Source: Octopus bimaculoides (taxonomy: Eukaryota). From it: a DNA stretch of 64,000 nucleotides. The stretch is from contig NC_068983.1 of NCBI RefSeq assembly GCF_001194135.2, forward strand, positions 53,280,280 through 53,344,279, given 5' to 3'. A program made the position numbers and the translations under genes. Shown piece after piece: positions 38,873-51,320 of this stretch. Each line of letters opens with the position of its first letter. The stretch's first letter is position 1. The notes below the pieces were generated by a model. That model saw nothing but the letters and a program-made list of their open reading frames with translations, did not search any database and had not been told where the DNA came from.

Positions 38873-39304
38873 GGAGCACCGTCCAAGCGTGATCGTTGCC
38901 AGAGCACCAGCAGTCTGGCTTTTGTGCCAGTGGCACGTAAATAGCACCATTTGAGCATGACCATTACCAACGACGCCTTCCTGGCACTTGTGCCAGTGGT
39001 ACGTGAAAAGACATTCAAGCGAGTTCGTTGCCAGTACTGCTGGACTGGCCCTTGTGCAGATGGCACGTAAAATACACCATTTCAAATGTGGCCGTTGCCA
39101 GTACCTCTTGACTGGCCTTCGTGCCGGTGGCACGTTAAAGCACCCACTACACTCTCAGAGTGGTTGGCGTTAGGAAGGGCATCCAGCTGTAGAAACTCTG
39201 CCAAATCAGATTGGAGCCTGGTGTAGCCATCTGGTTCACCAGTCCTCAGTCAAATCGTCCAACCCATGCTAGCATGGAAAGCGGATGTTAAACGATGATG
39301 ATGA
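38873..39304 (+). mobile_element. RTE-clade LINE 3'UTR: four ~65-nt units plus conserved terminus ending in (GAT)n
   Basis: Units of the form gttgccag...ctggc..gtgccNNNggcacgtaaa.gcacc, then ggagtggttggcgttaggaagggcatccagctg...aaacgatgatg. The same units follow the RTE ORF stop at 62169. Confidence 0.88.
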
Positions 39305-39462
39305 TTTTTTCTGGAAATCGGTTGGAAATTATTGTCACTGTCATTAGCTCAATGTTTCTGTCTTTTTGACATACAAGAACTAGATGAGTTTGTCCCAAAC
39401 TATGTTTCAATTTGTTTCCCTATATTATATTACCTCATTGTCTTTTACTCACAATAAGGTCT

Positions 39463-39660
39463 TCTAATTTTGGCACTAGCCCAGCAGTTTTAGTGGGAGG
39501 GAGCAAGTCACTTACATCACACTCCAGTACTCGACTGGTACTTTATTTCATTGAACTCAGAATTATGAAAGACAAAGTTGACTTTGGCAGGATTTAAATT
39601 CAAAACATGAAACACCTGAAGATAAGCATTTTGTCAGTTGCACTAATGATTCCACCATCT
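39463..39660 (-). mobile_element. SINE family A
   Basis: ttctaattttggcactagcccagcag...gactggtactttattt...aaagttgactttggcagg. Confidence 0.8.
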
Positions 39661-40207
39661 TTTTTCACAGTGGTGCACCAGCATGACCGCAGCCACTTGG
39701 CTGAAACACATAAATAACTAAATAAATAAATTTTGCTGCTTTATTCTCAATAACCTCAAAATTTTTTATAATCTCTAGTATGGTTCTTCTCTTTATCTTC
39801 TGCATTTCAATTATTGTCTTGAAACAGTTTTGCTGGAATATAAGGTACTTTTTGTGCTTCATCATTTGTAAGCAATCAATCTGTCATGACCACGCTACAC
39901 AACTAGAGTGACCTGCAGATCATCTGAATATTGTATTTCTTTGGATGCTTTTCTATTTTCATTATTAAAAAAATAACTTATGACTTTCTCCTACTTTTTA
40001 TAAATAACAGATTAGAAATTTGCAAATCACCTGAAATGCCTATGAGCATTTTATAAAAGCTAATCTCCATTCCGTTGAAGTTCCATATCACAAAATTTCA
40101 ATTTTATTAGTGTTGCCTCCCTTTTATATTATTTTTGCTGTTATCTCCTTAATATGCATCGTACACCATTTCTTTCCTGTTTTGGTGTTATACTTACATT
40201 TTCTATC

Positions 40208-40281
40208 TGTGTGTGTGTGTAAATGTGTGTGTGTAAATGTGTGTGTGTAAATGTGTGTGTGTAAATGTGCGTGTGTGTGTG
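40208..40281. repeat. Tandem 14-mer (TGTGTGTGTGTAAA)x4
   Basis: AAA interruptions at 40221, 40235, 40249 and 40263. Confidence 0.9.
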
Positions 40282-40519
40282 TTTTGTACACAGCAAAGCA
40301 ATTATTTTTACAGTGGGATTTGCTTCCTATTGCTAATCATTCTGATGTCAGGGAGAGCACCTACTTTTCACTCATACTGGACAGGTTAGCATGACCTTTC
40401 ATTGTAAGACACTGGCTTCGATGCTAAAGACAAAATATTGAACTTGTGATCATGTCATCACTAATCCACAAATGTATCTCCCAATATGACTGCCTAGTAT
40501 GATTGTTTCAATCCAAACA

Positions 40520-40680
40520 ATGAGAGAAAGAGAGTGAGAGAGAGAGGAAGACAGAGGGAGAGGGAGAGAGAGAGGGAGACAGGGAGAGGGAGAGAGAGGG
40601 GAAGACAGAGGGAGAGGGAGAGAGAGAGAGGAAGACAGAGGGAGAGAGAGGGAGGATAGATGAAGAAAGGAAGAGAAACA
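40520..40680. repeat. Compound GA-rich minisatellite
   Basis: Repeated gagagagaggaagacagaggga-like units. Confidence 0.85.
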
Positions 40681-43033
40681 GACTGTGCATCAGTTCATTA
40701 TGTTATCATTCCAGAACCAGCTTTTGATTTGTGTATCTAAAATAAAGTTAATAGAATTCATAATCTTGTATTTTTACTTTGTTGCTTATCAATTTGAAAT
40801 ATAAACCTTGTTATTCATATGACTTATTCTTCAATTTAATTGCTTTCCGAAAGGTTTTCTGACTCTTGTTTTTCTTCTATGGTTTGGGATTTTATCAATT
40901 TCTTCATAAATCTATCTGCAAACAAAGGTATTTGATTAAGAAAAGAAAAACTGAAATGTAAGCTAAAATTTTAATAGCTTTGAATCCTAAAATATTTCTT
41001 GTATTTTGAATAATTGGATTTATTTACACGGTAACTGCCAATGTTTGTATCCAAGGAGATGCAATTTCTCAACAGTAAAATTCAACACATTTACTTGATT
41101 TAAATGTTGTCAGAAATGCATGGCTCTATGTTTTATGTTTTCTGCATTCATTCCTGTTAGATTGTGGTAATATTTAAGAATTGTTTTCACATTTATACTG
41201 AGTTATTCAAAAGTAAAGAATTAACAAGAAAGATAATAAAATAAGAACTTGTTATTTAAGTAATGACAAACATTAGAATGGAAGTATCTGAAGTGGGAAA
41301 TGAGAACAATGCTTGTTGGTTGGATCAATAATTAGAAAGCATGCAATGAAAAACAGTGTGAAAAAGAAATTGAAGATTTATTAAATCAACTATATGTACT
41401 TCCTTGAAAATATATGTTAAAGACGAATATAATTTATATTGAACCAATACATATAAATTAACAATATTGTTTGTGTTACACATAGTTTTTAAAAAAGAGA
41501 AAATCAGTCACATGCACACATCTAAATTATAGGAAATTGTAAATAATAAACAATAGTTTTCAGAAGAATTATTCTCAAACTTTTGGGAAATGTAATCTGT
41601 TTTGTATATAGCAAAGAATTGTGTAACCAGCTTACTTAGTTAATTTGTTAAGGGCTATCTTTGTCAATAATAGTTATTTTCTCTTCAAAGGTTCATTAAT
41701 CTTTATTAGTTTGGAGTAATTAATAAGATTATCTGCACTTTTTAAAAATCTCTTAACAGAAAATGGTTGAATGCTACCTATAGTTTTTTTTTATCGAAGT
41801 TTCTTTTTCTATACCTACAAGTATTTTATATGATAAAACTGTTTTCATAATGGCTCAGTCAACAGAAACTTAAAACATTAAAGTTAAGAAGTCTCCAGTT
41901 TAGTTAATATAAATCAAATGAATATTTTGGAAAACTATTTGAATAATTGACAAGTGATTTTATAAAAAATTATATGCAAAAGAGAAACTATTTCTTTTAA
42001 AATAAGTAGAGATTAATATATTCTTATCAGACTTTCTAAATTAGTTTTTATTTAATGAGGAGTAAATGTAGCATGTATTTATGCAAGAATGACTGTAGTA
42101 TTTAGTTCATGAAGGAAAAGATTTAACTTAATTATAAAGTTGCATTACTGAGTAATCCTTCACAAAGAAAACTGAAAAAGTATATAATTAATATTGCATA
42201 ATTTTAAGTTATTTAATAGTTAATGAAAGTTGTATCTTCTATTATCTATCCATATGTTAAAATTTACACATCCACCCACTGTGATACTTTTACTCAGATA
42301 TAATCTCTACTGAAATATTTGTGTTTTCAGTTAAACTGGTCCTTCAAAGAAATGGACACTCGTTGCTATTAAGCAATACATTTTGATATTAATGCAGCTT
42401 CTATATTGGTTATCATGTTGTAGTTGTATTAAAGAGACCTGGTTTATCATTTGTTGTATATCAAATTTAACATCAACTTTTATTTAAAAAAAAAAGAAAC
42501 TCTTGGTAGTTCTTGCATTATGTCAAAATAGAAATAAAAACCACCTTTGTCAGAATAATCAAAATTAAGGATGATGAATGTGTAAAAACAATTTATAACT
42601 GACTTGCTAAATGAACAATTAACTTTTCTGGCCACTAGTCTGTTATAATTCTGAAAAAATACTTTTGATGACCAATGAAATGTCTTTAAGTTAATGTCAT
42701 TATGGGAAAACTTTTTAATGACACTTTTTTTTTTTTTTTGGTTGCACATTTGCACATTATCTGACCTGATGTCTTTGCTATGATTTGTTGTCCTGCTTTA
42801 TACAATGGTTTTTATTTATTCATTTTTTTTTATTACTCAGCCAATTTACAATGTTTGCCAATATTCTATAAAAGAAAAAAAAAAAAGAACCAAAGTTGAT
42901 TAACGTGACAGGTTAATTAGGAATTAGCTTTCCATAAATTGAAACTACACTGTTTCTTCAAAAAAACTAAAAGATATTTAGCAGAAAAGAGCTCAGTTAT
43001 TAAATAGTAAATTTCATAATTTCTCTCTTTCAG

Positions 43034-43174
43034 AATGGGTTGGAAGTCATGTAAAGAAAACATTAAGTACACAGTAATCAACCTCGAAGTTTGGTTGTCA
43101 CCAGTGTTTGATACAAGACCATGGACAAAAAGTAAACATGTTGTTGATTGTGGTCCATTAGGTCCATATGGCAG
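43034..43174 (+). CDS. Best candidate coding exon of the unidentified host gene (47 codons)
   Basis: ttctctctttcag|A ATG GGT TGG...GGC AG|gtaaat. 141 nt, phase 2/2, only one open frame: MGWKSCKENIKYTVINLEVWLSPVFDTRPWTKSKHVVDCGPLGPYG. A/T-ending codon bias. Confidence 0.65.
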
Positions 43175-43431
43175 GTAAATATTATGTTTTTGAACTGTTT
43201 TCTAAATTCCTACATATATATATATATGCACATATATATTTTCGTTCATTTCTAATCAAATACATACCATATTTTCTGGCAGACAGGTAAAATATTTTTT
43301 GATCAAAATTTACAGCAAAAAAAAAAGAAAAAAGCAAGCCAACTTATAAACCAAGACCAAAACTTCCATGTGAAATGCTGCAGGAATTAGAAAGATGACA
43401 ACGTTTGCATGCTTACACTATGTACATTCAT

Positions 43432-43609
43432 GGGCACAGGTGTGGCTGTGTGGTAAGAAGCTTGCTTCACAACTACATGGTTCCAGGTTCAGTCCTACTG
43501 CATGGCACTTTGGGTAAGCACCTTCTGCTGTAGCCTCAGGCCAGCCAAAGCTTGGTGAGTGGATTTGGTAGACAGAAACTAAAAGAAGCTTGTTGTATAC
43601 ATACATACA

Positions 43610-43654
<45 letters not shown>

Positions 43655-43832
43655 GTGTCTGTGTTTGTCCCTCCACCATCACTTGACAACCAATATTGGT
43701 GTGTTTACGTCCCCGTAACTTAGCAGTTTGGCAAAAGAGGTGGATAGAATAAGTACTGTACTTAGAAAGCATAAGTCCTGGGGTCGATATGTTTGACTAA
43801 AGGTGGCTGAAACAAATAAAAGAATAAAAGAA
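43432..43832 (+). mobile_element. SINE family B with expanded internal (TA)n
   Basis: gggcacaggtgtggctgtgtggtaagaagcttgc...gcactttgggtaagc...ggctgaaacaaataaaag. Confidence 0.9.
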
Positions 43833-44104
43833 TATTGCTGACTTCTATACTGGAAAAAATAAACAGTATATATTTCTGTTATGTGAAACTTAAAAGAAAT
43901 TATGCTTAAATGACATTCTGTGATTTTCCTTTCCTTTTCTTCTAATTAATAAATGTTCAGTTTCTACTTATAATATTCGACATGCTTTTTAATTTGTACT
44001 TTAAATTAATTTACACATTTAAGATATGCTGTTTCCAATTTATTTAAACTCTGTGTTATATGTTAAAATAGCTGTCAATGTCTACTTTTATTCTTGTACA
44101 TATA

Positions 44105-44965
44105 CAGGGTGCAATTGGTAAATTGTTGCCATTTTATATTTTTAATTTCACATATATACATTGTTTGCTTTTGATTTTGTCGACTACACAGTATAGTAGG
44201 GTTGGTTGGGCACCGTCTGTGAGAAAAACAGCACCATGATGCAATTCACTCTGCCAGAAATTTAGAAATGACATGCTGAACTGCTTGGCATTCATGCCAG
44301 AAGCTCCAATATGAACATTTTAAAGTGTTTGGGTGTCAATCTGAGAACAGTGCAATCTGAGGACATGTACTGAAAGTGATAAAAGTCAAACATCCACTCA
44401 ACATCATGGTGTTTGGAGTGATCACTAGTGATGGCGACGTTATGCCTCCATTCATCTACCCACATGTCTTCAGACTCAATACGGAGGCCCAAATCAAGTG
44501 CCTGGGGGAGGTAGTGCTGCCCTGGGTCAAGAGGGTGGCTGCTGGAAAACCCTATGTCTGGCAACAGGACTCTGCACCATGCTACACAAGCAGGAGAACT
44601 GAGTCATGGCTGTCAGACAATTTCTGCAACCAAATCTTTCCTAACATTTGGCCACCTTACTCCCCAGACTGCAACACCCTTGATTATTATGTCTGGTTTC
44701 AGACCAACAAAACTCCTTATAACACCAAAGATGAATTGAAGGCAAGGATTATGGCAGCATTCACCATCTTAAACAAGGAGACCATCCAGAAGAGTTGCAG
44801 GAGATTCCGAAATTGTCTGGAGTTTGTGGTTGAAGCCAATGGCGATTTTATTGAATAAATTTACTCTTTAGTAGTTCAAGATATTTTTATGTAATTTTGG
44901 TACATACATCTGTGAAAATGAGATGTCAATGTTATTTTCATTTGTGCATAATTTAGACGACAGTT
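44105..44965 (+). mobile_element. Tc1/mariner-superfamily DD37D (maT-type) transposon, internally deleted
   Basis: TA|CAGGGTG left end; stop-interrupted N-terminus from ATG 44236; ORF 44376-44858 contains WQQDSAP and WPPYSPDCNTLDYYVW with exactly 37 residues between the two Asp. The region carrying the first catalytic Asp is missing. Confidence 0.9.
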
Positions 44966-46054
44966 GTGTGTGTGTGTCTGTGTGTGTATGCACATGTGCA
45001 CATGCATGTGTGTCTTTGTTTGAGAGAGTATTATCTATGTTAGTATATTGAGATATCTGAATAATTATGTTGATACTCAAAAATAATTCAATCACCTAGC
45101 CATAATAGTAAAGCAAATTGTTATACAGCAATAATATCCAAATTGTTTTTGTAGATGATATTATATACATTTTTGCATACAATTGTCCATATGTGTGTGT
45201 TTGCACACTTCTATAGACAGGAAAATACACAGAGACAAATGGGGTTCATCATTATATAATGCTTTCCATAGTGGCATATTTTGGTCAAATCTACATCTCA
45301 CTTTCTCTGTTTGTTTGTTTGTCAGTCTGTCTGTCTGTCTCTTCCCCCCTCCTCTCTCTCTCAGCGTTATGCCACATACTATTTTCACATGTAACCTCAT
45401 CACACTTTATGTCTTCTTCAATTTACTTGTATCATGAAAGAACTTAGTAACAGCATGCGATAATATTTCACCCACCATGTTTCATTTTCACATTACATAT
45501 TCATACCAGCAGAGGTTCTTTCAAGCACATATTGTCCATTGTGAATGTTGTTCAGTAATTTTCTTGACTTAGTGTACATATGTAAACACATATACTCACA
45601 CACATACCACACACATTTGCATAATTTTTTAATGATATCACGCATAGATATATATGTTTATGTATGGATTCACTCTCCCCTTCTTTCTACTAAGTATGCA
45701 TCTCTCTATCCATTTAATATCTCTATCTTTCCATCATTATACTTAATTTCATGTTATCATTTATATAAGTTTCTTGAAAAATGAATATCAGATGAATTTG
45801 AATATAGTATTTGTTTTTATGTAAAGTCTTTATAGATGGTTATGGTCATAGGATTTTGTCCTGGATTGCATTGGAATTTACCTCAGTAGTTTGATAAGGC
45901 TAGTGGTAAAACCTTGAAATAAAATGTGAGAAAGAGAACATTTCTAACTACAAATATCCCTTATAGTTTTCAAGTCAATGAGTGGAGTCTCAGCTTGGCT
46001 ACTTGACTGGCTATAACTAGCAGCAAATCTCCCTCCCGTGTCATATGCTATTGC

Positions 46055-46410
46055 TAAGGCCTCTGTTGGTCATGGCTGACCGTGGATGATGTCATCCGTT
46101 CATTGAGTTGTCTATTCAGTTTTTGCAATGCCTCCTGTGGCTGTAGAGACTGATGCAAGAGTTGCAGTCTCGTTTGCAGAGGTCACACCTATATGTTGAA
46201 TCCAGTCTGTTGGCTGTCATTTCTTTTCTGCAGGCTCAGTTTTTAGCTGCTGCCACCCTCAAATTCTCTTTGCCGGTCTGCAGTTGTTTGGGAAGAGTGC
46301 CTCTCCAGCTGGTTCGGTCAGCTGCAAGATTCTCCCAGGAATTGTTGTTGATGCCAAGTGCCTTCATGTCCCTCCTGCATGTCATATGCACAGTTTTGAA
46401 AAGCACAGGA
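46055..46410 (-). mobile_element. RTE-BovB-clade LINE 3' end
   Basis: Minus frame reads CRRDMKALGINNNSWENLAADRTSWR...N*ACRKE...TYRCDLCKRDCNSCISLYSHRRHC*, the typical BovB C-terminal zinc-knuckle region. Confidence 0.88.
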
Positions 46411-47164
46411 ACAGCTTCTATAATGCAGGCCTAGATCCCCTTAAAAAGACGGAATTGTTATGGCCCAGAAATAGTGTTCAGGAATAACTTAGGGCTAAAA
46501 TAAACATCAAAATTCTAAGTCTGACAGTTTCAAATGACTTTATTCTTTATAAAGTACTAATAATTTAAAAATAAATTGCAATTATTGAAACAACGTTGTG
46601 ATTCATTGAACCTTGCAATTTCAAGTTTGACCATAAATATTTATTCTAGATATTGAGAATTCTTCTTACATTAATATTTTTTAGCACTGTGTTCTTATTT
46701 ACTTTACATAGTGAATGGTTATGTGTATTTATTTGGTATATTTGTTTAAGTATATGTATGTATGCATAATAATAGATATGGTTATAAATATATATTTATA
46801 TATGTGTGTTTATGCACAATATAGATATGTTCATATGTAAATTGTATGCACATGTATATTGCATATTCTTGAATATGTATGTTTTCTTTGTAACATTAGT
46901 GTTCAGTGATGATTCTGCTTTGTTTATGTACTAATTTGTGGATAATGTAGTTGTTTGTTTTTTGTTTCTTCCAATATAATTGTGTTGTCTGGCATCTAGT
47001 CACACTTGGTCAAGCAAACATATAGTCACAGAAATTCCAGCCAGAACCATCCTATCTTTCTTAAAGCATATTATATTTACCTTTCAAAGTACCCTGATCT
47101 CTCAAAGTAGGTGGAACACATGCAAGAGAGAGAGATACCCAAGAACACATGAGACAAATTACTG

Positions 47165-47545
47165 AAGGACAGCCTTAGAATGCTGTACCTTTTAGACAAG
47201 ATGACAAAGAACTGAGGTACTTGGCATCTTGCTGTACTGAAGAAGAGCCGTATTCAACTGCTGAAGCGTTATGGTGAAGAGGATTGGCCCACAAGAGTCC
47301 TTTGCCAGTGCCATGCAAAAAGCATTCATGCTGGTGTCACATAACAGTGCTCATATGGTGCCACATAAAAAGCGGCCAGTGCACTCTGTAAAGTGGTTGG
47401 CATTAAAAAGGGCATCCAACTGTAGGGACCATCTCAAATCAGACTGGGGCCTGGTGCAACTCTCCAGCTTGCCAGCTCAGTCAAACCGTCCAACCCATGC
47501 CAGCATGGACAACGGACATCAAATGATGATGATGATGATGATGAT
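47165..47545 (+). mobile_element. RTE-type LINE 3' end variant
   Basis: cactctgtaaagtggttggcattaaaaagggcatccaactg...aaccgtccaacccatgccagcatgga...(gat)n, preceded by two diverged gtgcc units. Confidence 0.8.
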
Positions 47546-48252
47546 AATCGTAACAATGACAATGATTGTATTATCCAAATTGTATCTCTTCTGCAAGATG
47601 GTAGAATTTGATTTGAAGATTATAGAGCTGCCAACTATTTAGCTGCCATTTCTTGTAGGTTAATTGACTGTGTAAAAGCTCCTTCATTAGCTTATAAAAA
47701 TAGATTTAAACAGTGCTTTAATTCAATGAAAACTGCTCTGTTACTTGATACCACTGTTATTGGAACACTTACTCTAGTAAAGATGGAGAATAAGGAATTA
47801 GACATTTCATTACATTTTCTGATCATCTTTTGGAAAATAAAATGATTTCAGTTTAAGTAGTGGTTGAGCCAACTATGATTATATCCTCTGCATTTCTTGT
47901 ATATTGCAGATCTGTATTTACACTTTCTCAGGTCTATGATTTACATCACTTACCTGTATAAGGAGTGCCTTTCAATTTGATTTTTAGCACAGGTCACATG
48001 AACTGACAAATTCTTCAGTATCACCAAACACATGCCCTTGCTTTGTACAGTCTGTTGTACACCTGACTCTATGTGTGTCTGTGTACATGTGTGTATACAT
48101 GTGCACATGGGTTTGTGCATGTGTGTGCTATTTTGTTAAGATTATTTCTACAGATATTCTATAGAAATTATAGCCAGCACTGATTTTTGCTAAGTTCATA
48201 CTGAGACGTCAAATGTTGACAAACAATGAGATCAAAGACAAAAATGAATAAT

Positions 48253-48299
48253 GAATGTATATACTATATTTCAAGAGTTTTGCCCCTTCATCAGCACTT
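48253..48299 (-). ncRNA. Possible decayed hammerhead motif
   Basis: Minus strand AAGTG CTGATGA AGGGG caaaa CTCTT GAAA TAT agt ATA TA|CATT. Core intact, stem II of 5 bp with two G-U pairs, stem I only 4 bp. Confidence 0.35.
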
Positions 48300-51167
48300 G
48301 TCTAACCAATTCTCACCTCTAAACACATTGCTTAGATAGCCACTGCATAAAATGTCCTTTACTATGTGGTATGCAATAAATCCACAAACACACACACTGA
48401 TATACAATGTGTCATCGTGGTGGTGGTATAAAATGACCTTTACTATCTCGTATGTAATGAATGTGCAAACACACACACACTGACAGACACATACACACTC
48501 ATATACAAAATGTGACATTGTAGTCATCGTCGTATAAAATGTCCTGTACTATAATTGACTTTAAAAAGATTATTTTCAAGAAAATGTTATAATGTTTTAA
48601 TCCAAATGAAAATAAAAATTAACTGTTGACACTCACGGGGTGTAATAGTTTTACCTTGTAAAATTTGGTTTGATATGGTGGAGTTGTTTGAGAATGCATA
48701 AGGAACAGACAGACTGACAAAGAATTTTATACATATAGAGATTATGGTTGCATAACGAAATACCACATACTTACAAATCATTAGTAAATGTGTATGTGTA
48801 TGTGTGTGATGAATTGTCAAAAGAGCATTTATGAAATAAAGCTCAAGAATGAATAGCCTATTTTCATTAAAGACCTATTTATTCTCTCCAGTCACTTCAG
48901 ATGAATGCCTGGAAAATTATTCAAGAACAATTAGCCTAAGCCAGTCTTTTCCAGCAATGTGACCCTTTGAACAAACATAAAGAGTACTTTAATAAAATGA
49001 TCTTTAATATCTTCCACTCATTGAGCATCAGCAAAAATTAATTCATCATTATCTATATCAGATTGTTATACATTTGTAAAGGACAGTATCAAATTGATCT
49101 AAGTAATACATTAGTATTGTCAGGGCATCAATATGACTGATGGGCTTTCCTGACATATGAATGATTTGGGGATCATGTTGTGATAACATGAGACATCATG
49201 TGGCAATCCACTGAGAAACTTGCTAGGAAACATCAAGATTCTTTAGAAAATTAATTACAATGAGTAATGATCAGTCTGATGATAAGTCTCCAAATGAAGT
49301 TCCTTAATAAAAAATATCTCAATTGTTCAACACAGCATACTAGTGCATTGGTCTCAGTATTAATGAAATTTCTGTGAGTATTGTCAATGTTTGATTAGGG
49401 CTTCCCATTTTCAGACATTCCTGCTCCCCCAAATTCAAAAGGAGTTGTATCAAACTTGGCAAAGAATGTTACCAGAACTGGGTGTTGTGTAAAAAGTCCT
49501 TATCTTTTCAAAAAACTTGTGTTTGCTATGTTCTCAAAGCAAAGACATTCCTTTTAGGTTCAGCTGTGTGTAAACTTTGGTATATACTGGCAATAGTAGT
49601 CAGTCTATCAACCAAACATTTCTCAGTTTCCTTATTTCAGTTTAGGATCACTAATCTATTGAATTTTGTATATTAGACTATAAGATGGTTTCATTTCTAG
49701 GAAACTGTGAGAGAAGTATGATTAATGTATTTATTTGGATTAATTGATATATTGGCTTATTTCGCTTTAGCAATAACTGCATTTTCTCAATTCTTCAATT
49801 TATATTGGGTTGCAGTAGAGATTAATATGTCATCATGATAGATGCCATTAATTCCTTCCAGTATAGGCTCAATACATTGCTAGACACTGGAGCTGCTGTT
49901 TTTTAAACCCATTTACTGACTAGGTACAGAACAGTATTTGTATTTAGCACACACAATCTCTTAGTCTTCATCCAAGCCAATGTGAAAATATACATTCTTT
50001 AAATCAATTAAGAGAATAAATCTTCATTTCTTTCATGTTTCTGAGCAGTGTTGAAAGATGAGAAAAACTTTGATAGTTGTCATTTAAATGAACATTTTGC
50101 AATAAACATATATTCATAGTTTACCACCTTTCCTTCATACACAATTAGCAATCCATTAACATCTTCGTATAGAGTCATAGTTCTCAGTACTTCATGAAAA
50201 TTGTTGTATATATTTCCTCAACAATGTACATTTGTTCACTTTATGTACATATGAATATGCCAATGTAAATATGTGTAGCATATATTGGTCTTATGATCTG
50301 TGGTTTGATGTCATATGATAAAGTTTTTCTCTTGCTACAATCTGGTTGTTACATTTTATAATGTGACAACCAGGACACCTTTGCCTTTTACTTCATGCCA
50401 GCAGCTTCTTACTTAATCTGTTTAATTCTGAATTTAGTGCATGGTTCCTGAGTGGCTACATCTGTACAGTTTAAATGCCAGCATATCATACAGGATATCT
50501 TCCAGGATTTATATTCTATCTATATGCAATATATGTGCCTAACTAAATATAAAAGATTATTCCATGACAAATACCAAATTCTGCTGACCTAGACCAATAA
50601 ACTTGACTATGGATTATATGTTATCTGTTATGATAGTGAGGTAACGAAAATAGAGTACTGGAGTATCCAAATGAATGAGTATGTGATAAAGTAGTGTGTG
50701 ATCTATCTTAGGACCAGCTTTACTGAAGCTTACAAGCTGATAAACTTTGATTTCTGCTTCTCATCTCACTATTTATACACATGGTATACAAAGTTGTGTA
50801 TGTGTATGTAGATCACCTACAGAAACATTGTCACAGAATTTCAGGTACTGCTTACTCCATTGCTAGAATGGGGAACTGGAAGTAACGCCTTACTTTATAT
50901 AGTGATTTTCTTTAACCCACCATAATCATCATCATTATTTTAACGTTTACTTTTCCATATTTACATGGGTCAGACAAAATTCATTGAGGCCAATTTTCTA
51001 TGGCTGAATATCCTTTCTGTCACCAACCTTTACTTGTTTCCAAGTCAGGTAATATTTGCCTTGGCCATACATGTTTTTTATAGAAGATCGGAAACAAACA
51101 ACATTGCAAGATCAAGACCAGGAGGTAACACACAAAAAATTACATACATGCACACACACATATATAT

Positions 51168-51320
51168 ACAATTGGTTTCTTTCAGAATCTGCTTGCCAAA
51201 TCCACTCACAAGTCTTTGGTTGGCTTAGAGCAATAGTAGAAGACACATGCCCAGGTTGCCATGCTGTAGAACTGATCCTGACACCATATGATTTGGAAGT
51301 AGTCTTCTTAACCATACATC
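51168..51320 (-). mobile_element. SINE family B head
   Basis: gccaaatccactcacaag...gtagaagacacatgcccagg...accatatgatttggaag. Confidence 0.75.

Noticed and set aside
38873-39135. CRISPR-like repeat-spacer appearance of the ~65-nt units
   Set aside because: Eukaryotic context, no unique spacers, no cas genes; the units are the 3'UTR of an RTE LINE.
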